Positions 26,833 through 35,894 of a stretch of DNA of 64,000 bases are shown here, one piece after another (position 1 is the stretch's first letter; every line of letters starts with the position of its first letter). The DNA lies in sequence record MH595538.1; one strand, written 5' to 3'. The translations under genes were made by a program, and so were the position numbers. Under the pieces are notes generated by a model. That model was given only the letters and a program-made list of their open reading frames with translations, was not told the origin of the DNA and ran no database searches.

Positions 26833-28389
26833 CTAGTTCTTCAGGTACTGACTCACCCCCGAGATAACGAAAAAATACGACGCCGTATTAATCGGAATCA
26901 TTGGGAAGTGCTCATCAAGAACAGCTTCTTGAGAAGAATGACACGCAGGACATTCATAGTTTGTTAAGCCAGCAAACGTGTATTGAACCTGACTGCGGTA
27001 TTTATCGATCATGTCAATAACCGCTTCGCGTAAATCAGAACGAGCAGATAGTTTCTCTAGAGAACGTAATATCTCATTTCGATCAGACTCTTCTTTAGTA
27101 TAGTCGGTGCCTTCCAGTTTAAGCTTTTCAATCCATGAACTTAAACGCTGAGTCTTTAGGACGTCGATATTGGCCTGTAAGCTTTCCATGCGCTTTTCAG
27201 CCAGTTCGTTGTTACTTAAGCCTAGGTCTTCTTCCATGATTGCATCAGTGCGCATAATGATAGATTGAACCCATGCCATGCCTTCTTCACAGTAGCGATC
27301 GAACATAGGCGGTTTAAGAACGAGATAAGTACGAGCTTTACCATTATCGTTAATCGGACCTACTTTGTTAGACTCGCGGTTATATTCAGACAGTCGATCA
27401 CGATAAGTCGGCAATACTGATTCATCTAGGCTATCCCAATCAGCAGCAAGTTGATTGCGCATTTCAGGACTGAACTTAGAGGCGTCATGTACATGAGCAC
27501 GATTAAAGTGCAGGCGCATTAAATGACGCATGCGATCTTCAAGATCCCATGTATTGTAATCACACTTCTTATCTTCGTTAAGGCTATTCGCACAAGTACG
27601 CAGGATAGGGAAGCCTTTCGGATACGATGAAGCCAGTGCGCCGATGTGAAGCGCTGGTATATCGCGAACATCCAGCCAGGACTTAATCTTAGCCTGATTC
27701 CATCCTTTAACAGAGCAACGCTTAGTATGCTCTATGATAAGGTTACCTATCTCGCGTTGAATGTGAACATCATCGTTTGAGAACAATAGACCTTTAGTAT
27801 CAATGCCGACGCGATCACGCAATTGACTGATCTTACCGATTAAGTACACTAGTGTAGAGGGGGAGAAGTCGTCTACTTCAATGCGAAATCCACTATGCCA
27901 GAAGACAATCTCAACCGGTACACCAAGGCCAAGTTCTGATGACATCGCTGAAGCAAAGTCAAACTTATCTGCTCGTTGTTCGTCGATGATAGGTTCTTTA
28001 GGAACAATACCTAGTAAACGATCGCCATGTGGCGTAATGTTAGAAGGCTCTTTAAAGTCATTGAGCATTTCAATTAGCTCTTCTTTAGGCACATAACCTT
28101 CTAAGCTATCCATCAGTGCACGATACATTCTCTTTTGTGCATCAGTTGGCTTCGATTTAGTTTCCTGAAGAATCTTGTTGAAGTGCTGCTTAATCTCAGT
28201 TTCGGTCATATGGCGACCAGGCGTTTGAAGATAGATATCTTCTTTAGGGCCTTTAAACTGAGTATTAGGCAGGCGCATATTCTGGCCCTTCGTGCTTTTA
28301 TTTTCAACAGATTGTTCTTCAGGAACAGCAGGATCTGGAATGCCAGCGTCTGTTGGACCGATTGGTTCATTATAATCTTGATCGGACAT
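26833..28389 (-). CDS. Probable baseplate hub assembly or virion protein (T4 gp26-like region)
   Basis: Start at MSDQDY after SD GGAG; HSGFRIEV, DIPALHIG, GFPILRTC and C-terminal YECPAC motifs. Confidence 0.6.
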   Translation of the reverse strand: MSDQDYNEPIGPTDAGIPDPAVPEEQSVENKSTKGQNMRLPNTQFKGPKEDIYLQTPGRHMTETEIKQHFNKILQETKSKPTDAQKRMYRALMDSLEGYVPKEELIEMLNDFKEPSNITPHGDRLLGIVPKEPIIDEQRADKFDFASAMSSELGLGVPVEIVFWHSGFRIEVDDFSPSTLVYLIGKISQLRDRVGIDTKGLLFSNDDVHIQREIGNLIIEHTKRCSVKGWNQAKIKSWLDVRDIPALHIGALASSYPKGFPILRTCANSLNEDKKCDYNTWDLEDRMRHLMRLHFNRAHVHDASKFSPEMRNQLAADWDSLDESVLPTYRDRLSEYNRESNKVGPINDNGKARTYLVLKPPMFDRYCEEGMAWVQSIIMRTDAIMEEDLGLSNNELAEKRMESLQANIDVLKTQRLSSWIEKLKLEGTDYTKEESDRNEILRSLEKLSARSDLREAVIDMIDKYRSQVQYTFAGLTNYECPACHSSQEAVLDEHFPMIPINTASYFFVISGVSQYLKN

Positions 28390-28390
28390 T

Positions 28391-28747
28391 TTATTCTCCA
28401 TTAACATATGTTTCAATTTGTGAAATGATGCCGTTGATCTTCAGGATATAGGCTTTTAATTCGGCATGGCAATTTAAGAAAGCTTGGATTTCATCCAGCA
28501 TTACTTCTTGCATTGCGTTATGTGATTGAATGAATGGCTTAACCGAGCGGCTGTATTCTTCATCGATGATGATCAGTTCATGTAACATACGCTGACCTGC
28601 TGTTGCCAGTGTAGTTTGGTTTTCAGGTGTAGCCGAATAGACCATTGCTTTAACAGCCTCTTGTGTTTGGAACCTGGCATTGACGTAAAGGCCATCGAGT
28701 TCGATGACATCTTTCCAATAGTAAGGAATTCTTTGTTCTGTAGACAT
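28391..28747 (-). CDS. Hypothetical helical protein
   Basis: 118-aa ORF abutting the next gene; its 3' end carries the SD of that gene. Confidence 0.65.
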   Translation of the reverse strand: MSTEQRIPYYWKDVIELDGLYVNARFQTQEAVKAMVYSATPENQTTLATAGQRMLHELIIIDEEYSRSVKPFIQSHNAMQEVMLDEIQAFLNCHAELKAYILKINGIISQIETYVNGE

Positions 28748-28809
28748 AATAAACTCTCGTGAATAACTTTCATGCTATTAACCGCAACTGTTACAAATAG
28801 AGGCAATCA

Positions 28810-28816
28810 GTTAGAT
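28810..28816 (+). promoter_or_regulatory. GTTAGAT motif upstream of the gp79/gp80-like operon
   Basis: AATCAGTTAGATATTAAAGA, nearly identical to the minus-strand site at 19475-19494. Confidence 0.5.
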
Positions 28817-28835
28817 ATTAAAGAAGGTGCAAGCC

Positions 28836-29663
28836 ATGTATGATACTATAGGCTTATACGATGGCCTTATCAAGCCCGCTGATTTAGAAGCGATCGTAAA
28901 AGCAGAAACCCTATTTCAAAACACAGGATATCATCATCATGAATATCCTCTTCTAGAAGTCCTGGCTATAAAAGATTTCGAAAACGATGAAAAGGCCAGT
29001 CAGACCTATAACATCTATTACGAACATGTCGATACAGCTATCATGCTTTTTGGCGTTAAACTGCATCGCAATCAAGACGTAGAGAATACGCTTGTTGAGA
29101 TGGTAGAGATACTCGATGCGTTGCTGTCCCTAGATGATCCCGATCAAGCAGAAGTCATTAATGAATCCATTTCCAATGAAGTGTCTGACCCAATCATGAT
29201 CTTAGCATTGATATTGTCTGAATTCACTGAACTTCAAACCATGAAGCTAGTGACAATGATGGAGTCAGTGGATGATAGTTTGATTAATGCGCTTAAGAAG
29301 ATCGTCGTTAACCCTGACTTGCACGAAGACATCCTCATGGAGACAGCAAGAATAAGAAAGGATTATCTTACCTTCATCGGCGATGTTAAGGAAGGTCCAG
29401 TTTACGACTATGTTAAAAACGTACAAGAGCTGCCAGTTCCTTTCGACATTGCAATGATGGGAATCGGAGAGCAGATTCAGCAGGTATACGACCCTGCTAC
29501 CGTTGCCTATGAGCTCTATTCTCTTTCTATCCTTTCGGGATTAGAGAAAGATGCAATTGTAGAGAAGGCAATGGCCGTGGCATGGGAGTTGGATTCAGAT
29601 CGATATGCTGAAATCGAAATGCATCTGCGTAAACGACACGAGGAGTTTATGGCTCATGAATAA
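28836..29663 (+). CDS. Conserved acidic protein, probably virion (gp79 position)
   Basis: ATG 28836 after GAAGG; directly upstream of the vRNAP beta' piece. Confidence 0.65.
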   Translation: MYDTIGLYDGLIKPADLEAIVKAETLFQNTGYHHHEYPLLEVLAIKDFENDEKASQTYNIYYEHVDTAIMLFGVKLHRNQDVENTLVEMVEILDALLSLDDPDQAEVINESISNEVSDPIMILALILSEFTELQTMKLVTMMESVDDSLINALKKIVVNPDLHEDILMETARIRKDYLTFIGDVKEGPVYDYVKNVQELPVPFDIAMMGIGEQIQQVYDPATVAYELYSLSILSGLEKDAIVEKAMAVAWELDSDRYAEIEMHLRKRHEEFMAHE

Positions 29664-30915
29664 AAAAGATTATTTTATCAAGGCCATGGAGCTGGAGCTC
29701 TTTACTGACCGTAAATGGCTATTGCGTGCTTTAGGTAATCCAGTCAAGCCTTATAAGGACTCAAGGCCATGGCATCTAAACTATGATGGCGAGGGATTCT
29801 TCTTCAATACTCCCGAAGGAGAACAAGAAGGAATAACGGGTTGGCTCGATAAGTCTATGCCGCTTTATCCTCGTGACGAAAGTGTTGTTTTTGAAAAGGG
29901 AGAGATTGCCAATATATCGCGATCTACAAGAACATCCTATGTCACTGCTGTTGTCAATGTCATTATTTTTGTCTGGCCTTTTGAAAAGCCACTGCCTTAC
30001 ATCAAAGAACGATTCAACGGTAAACGTTTGGACGGGGTGATCCTAGAGGCACTGACCAATAAGGAAATTGCGCTTCAGGAATACGTCACGAATTTCCATC
30101 AGGCAATGGGTCGCTTAACCGCATTCAGCCAGCTGTCCGTTATTGCCGCTACGCCTAAATCCATCCGTCCTTCTAAACGCGCTATCGCTATGCGGGACAA
30201 ACTACTCAAAGAAGCATCTCCGGAAGAACTTAAAGACCCGGCCTATCTTGCACTTATTGATGAAACAGTAACCAAGATCGATAAGGAAGATATGGCTGAC
30301 GATGAAGCTGCAAAATTCTTCTTGAAAGGCAAAGCGTATGCTACAGTACGTAAGAAAATGTTTACGATCCAGGGCGGTATTGCAAAACTAGAAGATCCTA
30401 ACCAAATGGATCTATTACCTACCTCGCTTGAAGAAGGCTTGCGTCCAGAGGACATGCCGGCTGCTATCAACAACTTACGTAGTGGTTCATATGGCCGAGC
30501 TAAGGATACGGCACTCGGTGGTGAAGCGGCTAAGTTTGCTAACCGGGTATTCCAAAACCTTAAGATAGGTTCTCCTGACTGTGGCACTGTTGTTGGACTG
30601 CCTGTCAAAATAGATGAAAACAACTGGGATAAATTCATTGGAAGATATCTTGTTAAGACGGATACTCCTCTTGATGCTGGTAAATTAAGATCTTTCATCG
30701 GTAAAGAGATCATCATCCGAGACCCTAACGGCTGTAATGAGCCGGAACGTAATCTATGTGCTAAGTGTCTGGGAGACCGTGTCGCTAAATCAGGCGTTGG
30801 TCTTGGGGCACAGTACGGTGCAGTAGGTAACGTATTTATGTCAGTAGCCCTAGCCGCCTTCCATGGCGGGTCTCTATCTACAAAACAAGCTATTCTTACT
30901 AACTATTTAAGTTAA
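29656..30915 (+). CDS. rpoC: Virion RNA polymerase beta' middle subunit (gp80-like)
   Basis: RSGSYGRAKDTALGG bridge-helix region; DCGT...C...LCAKC Zn site; LAAFH (TFH-like) trigger-loop end. Confidence 0.88.
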   Translation: MNKKDYFIKAMELELFTDRKWLLRALGNPVKPYKDSRPWHLNYDGEGFFFNTPEGEQEGITGWLDKSMPLYPRDESVVFEKGEIANISRSTRTSYVTAVVNVIIFVWPFEKPLPYIKERFNGKRLDGVILEALTNKEIALQEYVTNFHQAMGRLTAFSQLSVIAATPKSIRPSKRAIAMRDKLLKEASPEELKDPAYLALIDETVTKIDKEDMADDEAAKFFLKGKAYATVRKKMFTIQGGIAKLEDPNQMDLLPTSLEEGLRPEDMPAAINNLRSGSYGRAKDTALGGEAAKFANRVFQNLKIGSPDCGTVVGLPVKIDENNWDKFIGRYLVKTDTPLDAGKLRSFIGKEIIIRDPNGCNEPERNLCAKCLGDRVAKSGVGLGAQYGAVGNVFMSVALAAFHGGSLSTKQAILTNYLS

Positions 30916-30930
30916 CACGGAGAAAGACAC

Positions 30931-32058
30931 ATGTCTAAACGCCAAAACAAAGGCCGTAACAATCAAGGTCAGAACAATGGAACTAATAAGAATCAAGCGT
31001 CAGCGACGAAACAAGCTGATGCTGGTGCAACAACTGAGATCGAAAAGACTCTTGAAGCGAAAACGCAGTCTATTGTCGAGACAGAGACGACGCTGAAAAC
31101 AGACGAGCTATCTGGCGAGTCATCAAGTGCCGAACTGGAAGGCACTAGTGAAATGACTGTCGATACAGGTAATGTTGACTTACAGGAAAACACAGATCCT
31201 CGTCTAGATTTGCCTGTTGATCAAAAAGAATATACGGTGATGACAGTTACCACTGAAACGCATAAAGTAGATGAATCAGGCACTTACTGCTTTATCAATG
31301 GTTCATTTGTTAAAGTTGCCGATATCGACGATCCTCGCAATGGCTTGCATGTAGTCAAGGTAGAAGAAGACCCTGCTGTGAATGCAATGTTTGACTTTAC
31401 TGACGGCAAGGTAAGTTATATTGGCGACTTTGAATTTACCGATGGTCTTACCCAAGGTACATTGATCACGAAAGACAAAACTGTCGAGTATATCAAGCTA
31501 GGCGGTGTGTGGGCAACGCTAAGTCGCGAAGAAGAGCTGGAAGAGGAGCAAGAAGTAGCTCCGTCTACTAACGACGGCAACTATGAGCTTATCGATCTGG
31601 CCAAAGAGATGGAAGAACCAGTGTTCTCTCCTGAGGTAGAGAAACGTCTATCTCGCTTACGTAACTACATTGACGTAATGTACCATCGTCGTCCAATGCC
31701 GTCTGATAAAGTTGTTGCGCAGCAGCATGGCACTATGCATCTTTTCTTGATGTTTGAATTGTCTAAGCCTAATGAAGACGATATTGATGCTAAGGTCAAG
31801 AGTGCAATATTCAAACTCTTTGAGTATCATGGTTTCCATGGTCGCACACTGAGTCCTATGATGATGAATCGCGGTATTCTATCTTACTCGCGCATGAAAC
31901 CTAAATCTCGCGAAGAACTAATGGTAATTCAGGATGTAGTTCACCAGGCTGCAACACTGGGTAGCCGTGCCAATATAAACTGGGATACCTTTACATTGAA
32001 AGTTTCTCCTCGTCATGCAGAAGCGATCTCAGCGACTATTCGCAAACACATTGAATAA
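30931..32058 (+). CDS. Hypothetical protein with a disordered acidic N-terminal half
   Basis: 375 aa, SD GGAG; N/Q/T/E-rich start and a helical C-terminal domain. Confidence 0.7.
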   Translation: MSKRQNKGRNNQGQNNGTNKNQASATKQADAGATTEIEKTLEAKTQSIVETETTLKTDELSGESSSAELEGTSEMTVDTGNVDLQENTDPRLDLPVDQKEYTVMTVTTETHKVDESGTYCFINGSFVKVADIDDPRNGLHVVKVEEDPAVNAMFDFTDGKVSYIGDFEFTDGLTQGTLITKDKTVEYIKLGGVWATLSREEELEEEQEVAPSTNDGNYELIDLAKEMEEPVFSPEVEKRLSRLRNYIDVMYHRRPMPSDKVVAQQHGTMHLFLMFELSKPNEDDIDAKVKSAIFKLFEYHGFHGRTLSPMMMNRGILSYSRMKPKSREELMVIQDVVHQAATLGSRANINWDTFTLKVSPRHAEAISATIRKHIE

Positions 32059-32066
32059 ACTACCTG

Positions 32067-32097
32067 GTCTATCCCTTCGGGGATAGACTATGTTTTA
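32067..32097 (+). terminator. Intrinsic terminator
   Basis: GTCTATCCC-TTCG-GGGATAGAC then TATGTTTT. Confidence 0.75.
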
Positions 32098-32107
32098 AGG
32101 AGTTTTT

Positions 32108-32494
32108 ATGTTAACAGCGTTAAAGACCTTTATTTCTGGCAATAGCTCTAGAATATGGTTCATTATTATCTTCGCGCTCATTGCTACAATTTTTGTACAA
32201 GGAACAATTAATTCTTCCTTGATGAAAAAGAAGGCAGAAGCAGAAGTTAAGGCCGGTAAGTATGAGGCGCAAATAACCGATCTAAAATTAAGGATCGATA
32301 AAGAAAGACGCGCATCAAGAGATGCGGAAATAGCCAGGGAAAACATTCAAAGACAATACAACCGTCTTATTGAAGATTTAGAGAGGTTACCTAATGAAAG
32401 TAATGGTGATATTAGCGATGGTGCTGTTCTTATCGTCTTGTGCAAAGCGGGACTCATACAGCGTGGACAGTGCCCTAACGAACCAGATTCCTGA
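32108..32494 (+). CDS. i-spanin (Rz-like)
   Basis: N-terminal transmembrane segment WFIIIFALIATIFV, long coiled coil, C-terminal cysteines. Confidence 0.7.
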   Translation: MLTALKTFISGNSSRIWFIIIFALIATIFVQGTINSSLMKKKAEAEVKAGKYEAQITDLKLRIDKERRASRDAEIARENIQRQYNRLIEDLERLPNESNGDISDGAVLIVLCKAGLIQRGQCPNEPDS

Positions 32495-32687
32495 TCGTTA
32501 CTTAGTCTATCCTGAGAAGGTTCTGGTTGAAGGAACATCCAAAAGAGATTTGACTAAGGCACTGTTGACAAATGAGAAGAATCGACAGCGAACCGTTTGT
32601 AATCTGTATATTGCACGAACATTAAACGACCCTGATCTTAAACTAGAAAAGCCGGTGTTCTGTAAGCCGGAAGAATCCAGTGAATAA
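32394..32687 (+). CDS. o-spanin lipoprotein (Rz1-like)
   Basis: Signal peptide with lipobox LSSC, own SD (GAGAGG), overlaps the 3' end of the i-spanin in another frame. Confidence 0.75.
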   Translation: MKVMVILAMVLFLSSCAKRDSYSVDSALTNQIPDRYLVYPEKVLVEGTSKRDLTKALLTNEKNRQRTVCNLYIARTLNDPDLKLEKPVFCKPEESSE

Positions 32688-32723
32688 AATAGACTCAGTT
32701 AAACTAACTCCCAGGAGCCATCT

Positions 32724-34049
32724 ATGAACCTCAGTGTTAACTACGACGCTATGGAAGAAGCAATGAGCGCTGCCGAGCGTGAATATACCGTCGCATGTAA
32801 ACTACTAGATCGACTTGATTCTGTCATGTCGCTAAGTCAAATCGAAAGCCGCACTGCCCTTGAGCATTCATTCTTAACGGACGCTATTGATGACGTCAAT
32901 GAACTATCAGGCTGTGAAGTATTATCACTGGAAGCATTCAATCTAGATAAAGCGAAGAAAATGGCACGTAAAGTCCATCGTGCTATTGCTGACTTTATTG
33001 CTAAGATCATTAATGTGATCAAAGGTTTCTTTGCGTCTTCTCGTGACAAGACAGAAGAGCAAACGCAGCGACTAAAAAGTCTGTATGAAGAATTCCAAGA
33101 AGCGATGGTTAAGTCAGATCAGGTCATTAAAGATCTGAGCCTGACGCCTGGTCAAAAGCCAAGCAAAGAAGATTTGGAAAACATCAATCAGATGGAAGCA
33201 GAAGTCTTCTTTACTCACGACGGTAAGATTGCTGATTCAACAATGATCAAAGCAGACTTAACGATCTTGATCGCGAAGAAGCGCCGTAATGATCCGCGCT
33301 TTGCTTATCTTTCTGATGAAAAAGGTAATGTCAGTAACTTAGCATTGACGATTGATCAAGCCATTCAGTCGATGGAAACCCTATTGTCAGTAGGGCACAA
33401 CGTTGCCTTCTATGAATTCGGTAATCGCCTGTATAACATCCGCAATAAAGACGACGTAGAATGGCTGCGTACAGAGGGCATCGCTCAGTGTCATGATTTC
33501 GTTATTGATACGATTCAGCGTGCCAAACTACGCGTAGTCAAAGGTACTCGCATCTATCAGGCTCGTCCTTTTATGAATCGCTGGTACCCGAGCTTTAGTA
33601 AGAAGTCTATGGAGGGTGCGGAGTACATGTCATTCACTCTGTCTGCTTCAGCAGGACGTCTTGATAAGTCTCCTCAGGGAATCAGTCGCTTTAAACATGA
33701 TAAGGTCACTATGAGCGATCTGGAGCGTTTATTAGAACTGCGTTCTGCGTTAGATGCTTTCATCATCAGTACTCATTCAGCAGCCGAGAAAGGCATGGAG
33801 CAATATTCCCAGTTTGCTGAGAAGGACGGTAAGATCATTCTGGAAGCACAAGAGAAGATGGCTAGTGTGATTAATCCTGAGGATCAACACATCATTAAGA
33901 AGCTAGATTATCAGATCCGTAACTATCCGAAAGCGGCAAATGAATGCAATAGCTTGTTTGTCAATATCGGACGTGCAGCCACTGAACTAACAAACCATCT
34001 GGGTTACTATATCGATGCAATGCTATCGATTAAAGAAATGCCTGAATAA
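32724..34049 (+). CDS. Internal head protein (phiKZ inner-body/ejection family)
   Basis: Acidic propeptide ending at LSLE/AF, then an amphipathic K-rich helix. Confidence 0.7.
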   Translation: MNLSVNYDAMEEAMSAAEREYTVACKLLDRLDSVMSLSQIESRTALEHSFLTDAIDDVNELSGCEVLSLEAFNLDKAKKMARKVHRAIADFIAKIINVIKGFFASSRDKTEEQTQRLKSLYEEFQEAMVKSDQVIKDLSLTPGQKPSKEDLENINQMEAEVFFTHDGKIADSTMIKADLTILIAKKRRNDPRFAYLSDEKGNVSNLALTIDQAIQSMETLLSVGHNVAFYEFGNRLYNIRNKDDVEWLRTEGIAQCHDFVIDTIQRAKLRVVKGTRIYQARPFMNRWYPSFSKKSMEGAEYMSFTLSASAGRLDKSPQGISRFKHDKVTMSDLERLLELRSALDAFIISTHSAAEKGMEQYSQFAEKDGKIILEAQEKMASVINPEDQHIIKKLDYQIRNYPKAANECNSLFVNIGRAATELTNHLGYYIDAMLSIKEMPE

Positions 34050-34056
34050 AGATATA

Positions 34057-34086
34057 CTTACCCTAGCCCTTGAGGGCTAGGGTAAG
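34057..34086. terminator. Bidirectional terminator
   Basis: CTTACCCTAGCCC-TTGA-GGGCTAGGGTAAG between convergent genes. Confidence 0.8.
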
Positions 34087-34089
34087 GTA

Positions 34090-35820
34090 TTATGCTGCTT
34101 CTAGTTCATCTAGCATAGCATTTACTTTTTCTACAGTATCTAGTCCGTTTAATGCTTTCTCCCATTCTTCTAGTCGTGGAAGACCAAGAACTTTATTACC
34201 TATCTCTACTGAGTTTGCAGGCACTGCCATCATGTTAACAGCAAGTTCTTTAACAAGATGTCGAGTCAGTCCTTTAATCGCACAGACTTCTACGAGAGTA
34301 GTAGATCTTGATACATTGCCGGCAGAGTGAGCAGTTGGATATCCTGAGGTGATGTCAATGTCACTTACGAACTTAGCGATCCTTAGAATAAGATCATGTA
34401 GTTCTTGGAAAATAGGAATACCCGCTTCTTCAGCCAGTTCGTTAGCCAGTGTAACAATCCATCCAGTCTTATCTAGAGGGTGTCTATCTTCTTTCTCTGT
34501 CATGTTATCAGAAGTAGAACATAGAACTTTACCTTCTTTAAGTAAGAATGTGTGAATCGCATTAGCAAGTCGTTTAGGGTTGGAAGCTAATGTACCAAAG
34601 TCTGAACCATCGGCATATAGGCCGATCTTTTTAGATAGATCGTTTGTCTCTTCATCGAGTATCTCAACAGAGATACAGTCAAACAAGTTATATGCACAGT
34701 ATTCTGGTTTATAGTACTGTTGAGCGTTACGATGCCAAAGGATGTTGTGATTTCCATCCAGTCCAGGGATCTCAAGTTTTCTAATATCTACAGTTGATTG
34801 TAGAATAGCATCAAGACTGTAACTATGTCGCTTACCTTCAACAACACGCAGCATACGGAATACGCACATTGCATCAATGACATAGAAGCTAGCAGGACAG
34901 TGTACAACAGACCAGGTTTCAGACGGGTCTTTGTTTGTCTTTTTACCAGAGGCACTAACTTTGTTAGGTCTATCTTCTTGCCAACGGAAGTAACGGTATT
35001 TAGCAGGAATAGCTGGATCACTAAAGAGGTTAGCAGGATCTACATTGTGACGCTCGCAAGACTCGATCATTTTGTTAACGTCAAAGAGCATGTTCCAAAA
35101 GACCAGGAAGTCTGGCTTAAGAATATGGGCAAAACGAAGTATCTCTTTAACAACCGCTAAGTCATCTTTAACAATGCGGTATTTAATCGTCATGTTTCGT
35201 TTGACGATTTCCTTCTCAAGGTATCGCTCTGTCACTTCTTGCATTTTAGCTTCAGGATTAACGATACCGGACATGAAGGATTCGCTAGCAACAATGATTG
35301 CCTTATTGCCCATTGAAATTGCACCGGTGATGATTTCTTCTTCATCTGAGTGCATGTTGGTTTCATAGTCGGCTACAGCAATGCTATAGTCCGGGTTCCA
35401 ATCTCCGTTACGCTCTTTGTTGATTGCGTCCATTTCAGACTTGTAAAGAACGGTAGAGCGAATGTCAGTTCCATAGACATACGGAGAGCGACATAAATGA
35501 GATAGCCTAGGGAAGTTACCGCCTGAGTTACCTAGGACTTTATTTAGTCGATAAGGAAGCGCTGCATCAGTTGCTTCATATTCATCAAGGTTTTCAAGAA
35601 ACTCGTATTCTCGTTTTTGTTCGTGATTTCGACAACCTTTCTTAGTTACCCAAAACTTTCTTTTATAGTTTTCAACAATACGGATATGTGGTTTTTCTCG
35701 GCCGGTTTTAACGCATCGTAATCTTTCCTTGACGATCAATGCGTCTTCCGTTTTTGCTTCTTGGTTTCGTGCATAAGTAACATGCATTACTTGTCGCAAG
35801 ACCTTTAGTTCTTCCGTCAT
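34090..35820 (-). CDS. Family-B DNA polymerase N-terminal part: 3'-5' exonuclease plus motif A (gp82-like)
   Basis: ExoI ADYET, ExoII FWNMLFD, ExoIII YNLFD; palm motif A DITSGYP near the C-terminus. Confidence 0.85.
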   Translation of the reverse strand: MTEELKVLRQVMHVTYARNQEAKTEDALIVKERLRCVKTGREKPHIRIVENYKRKFWVTKKGCRNHEQKREYEFLENLDEYEATDAALPYRLNKVLGNSGGNFPRLSHLCRSPYVYGTDIRSTVLYKSEMDAINKERNGDWNPDYSIAVADYETNMHSDEEEIITGAISMGNKAIIVASESFMSGIVNPEAKMQEVTERYLEKEIVKRNMTIKYRIVKDDLAVVKEILRFAHILKPDFLVFWNMLFDVNKMIESCERHNVDPANLFSDPAIPAKYRYFRWQEDRPNKVSASGKKTNKDPSETWSVVHCPASFYVIDAMCVFRMLRVVEGKRHSYSLDAILQSTVDIRKLEIPGLDGNHNILWHRNAQQYYKPEYCAYNLFDCISVEILDEETNDLSKKIGLYADGSDFGTLASNPKRLANAIHTFLLKEGKVLCSTSDNMTEKEDRHPLDKTGWIVTLANELAEEAGIPIFQELHDLILRIAKFVSDIDITSGYPTAHSAGNVSRSTTLVEVCAIKGLTRHLVKELAVNMMAVPANSVEIGNKVLGLPRLEEWEKALNGLDTVEKVNAMLDELEAA

Positions 35821-35894
35821 TTTAATGGCCCTAGCAAATCTTTTGAATTGTAACTATTAAATATATGCTACCTGTATTCTTAAACGAGGCAACT

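Noticed and set aside
30243-30716. 157-aa antisense ORF inside the vRNAP beta' gene
   Set aside because: Shadow of a conserved gene; S/L-rich with no motif.
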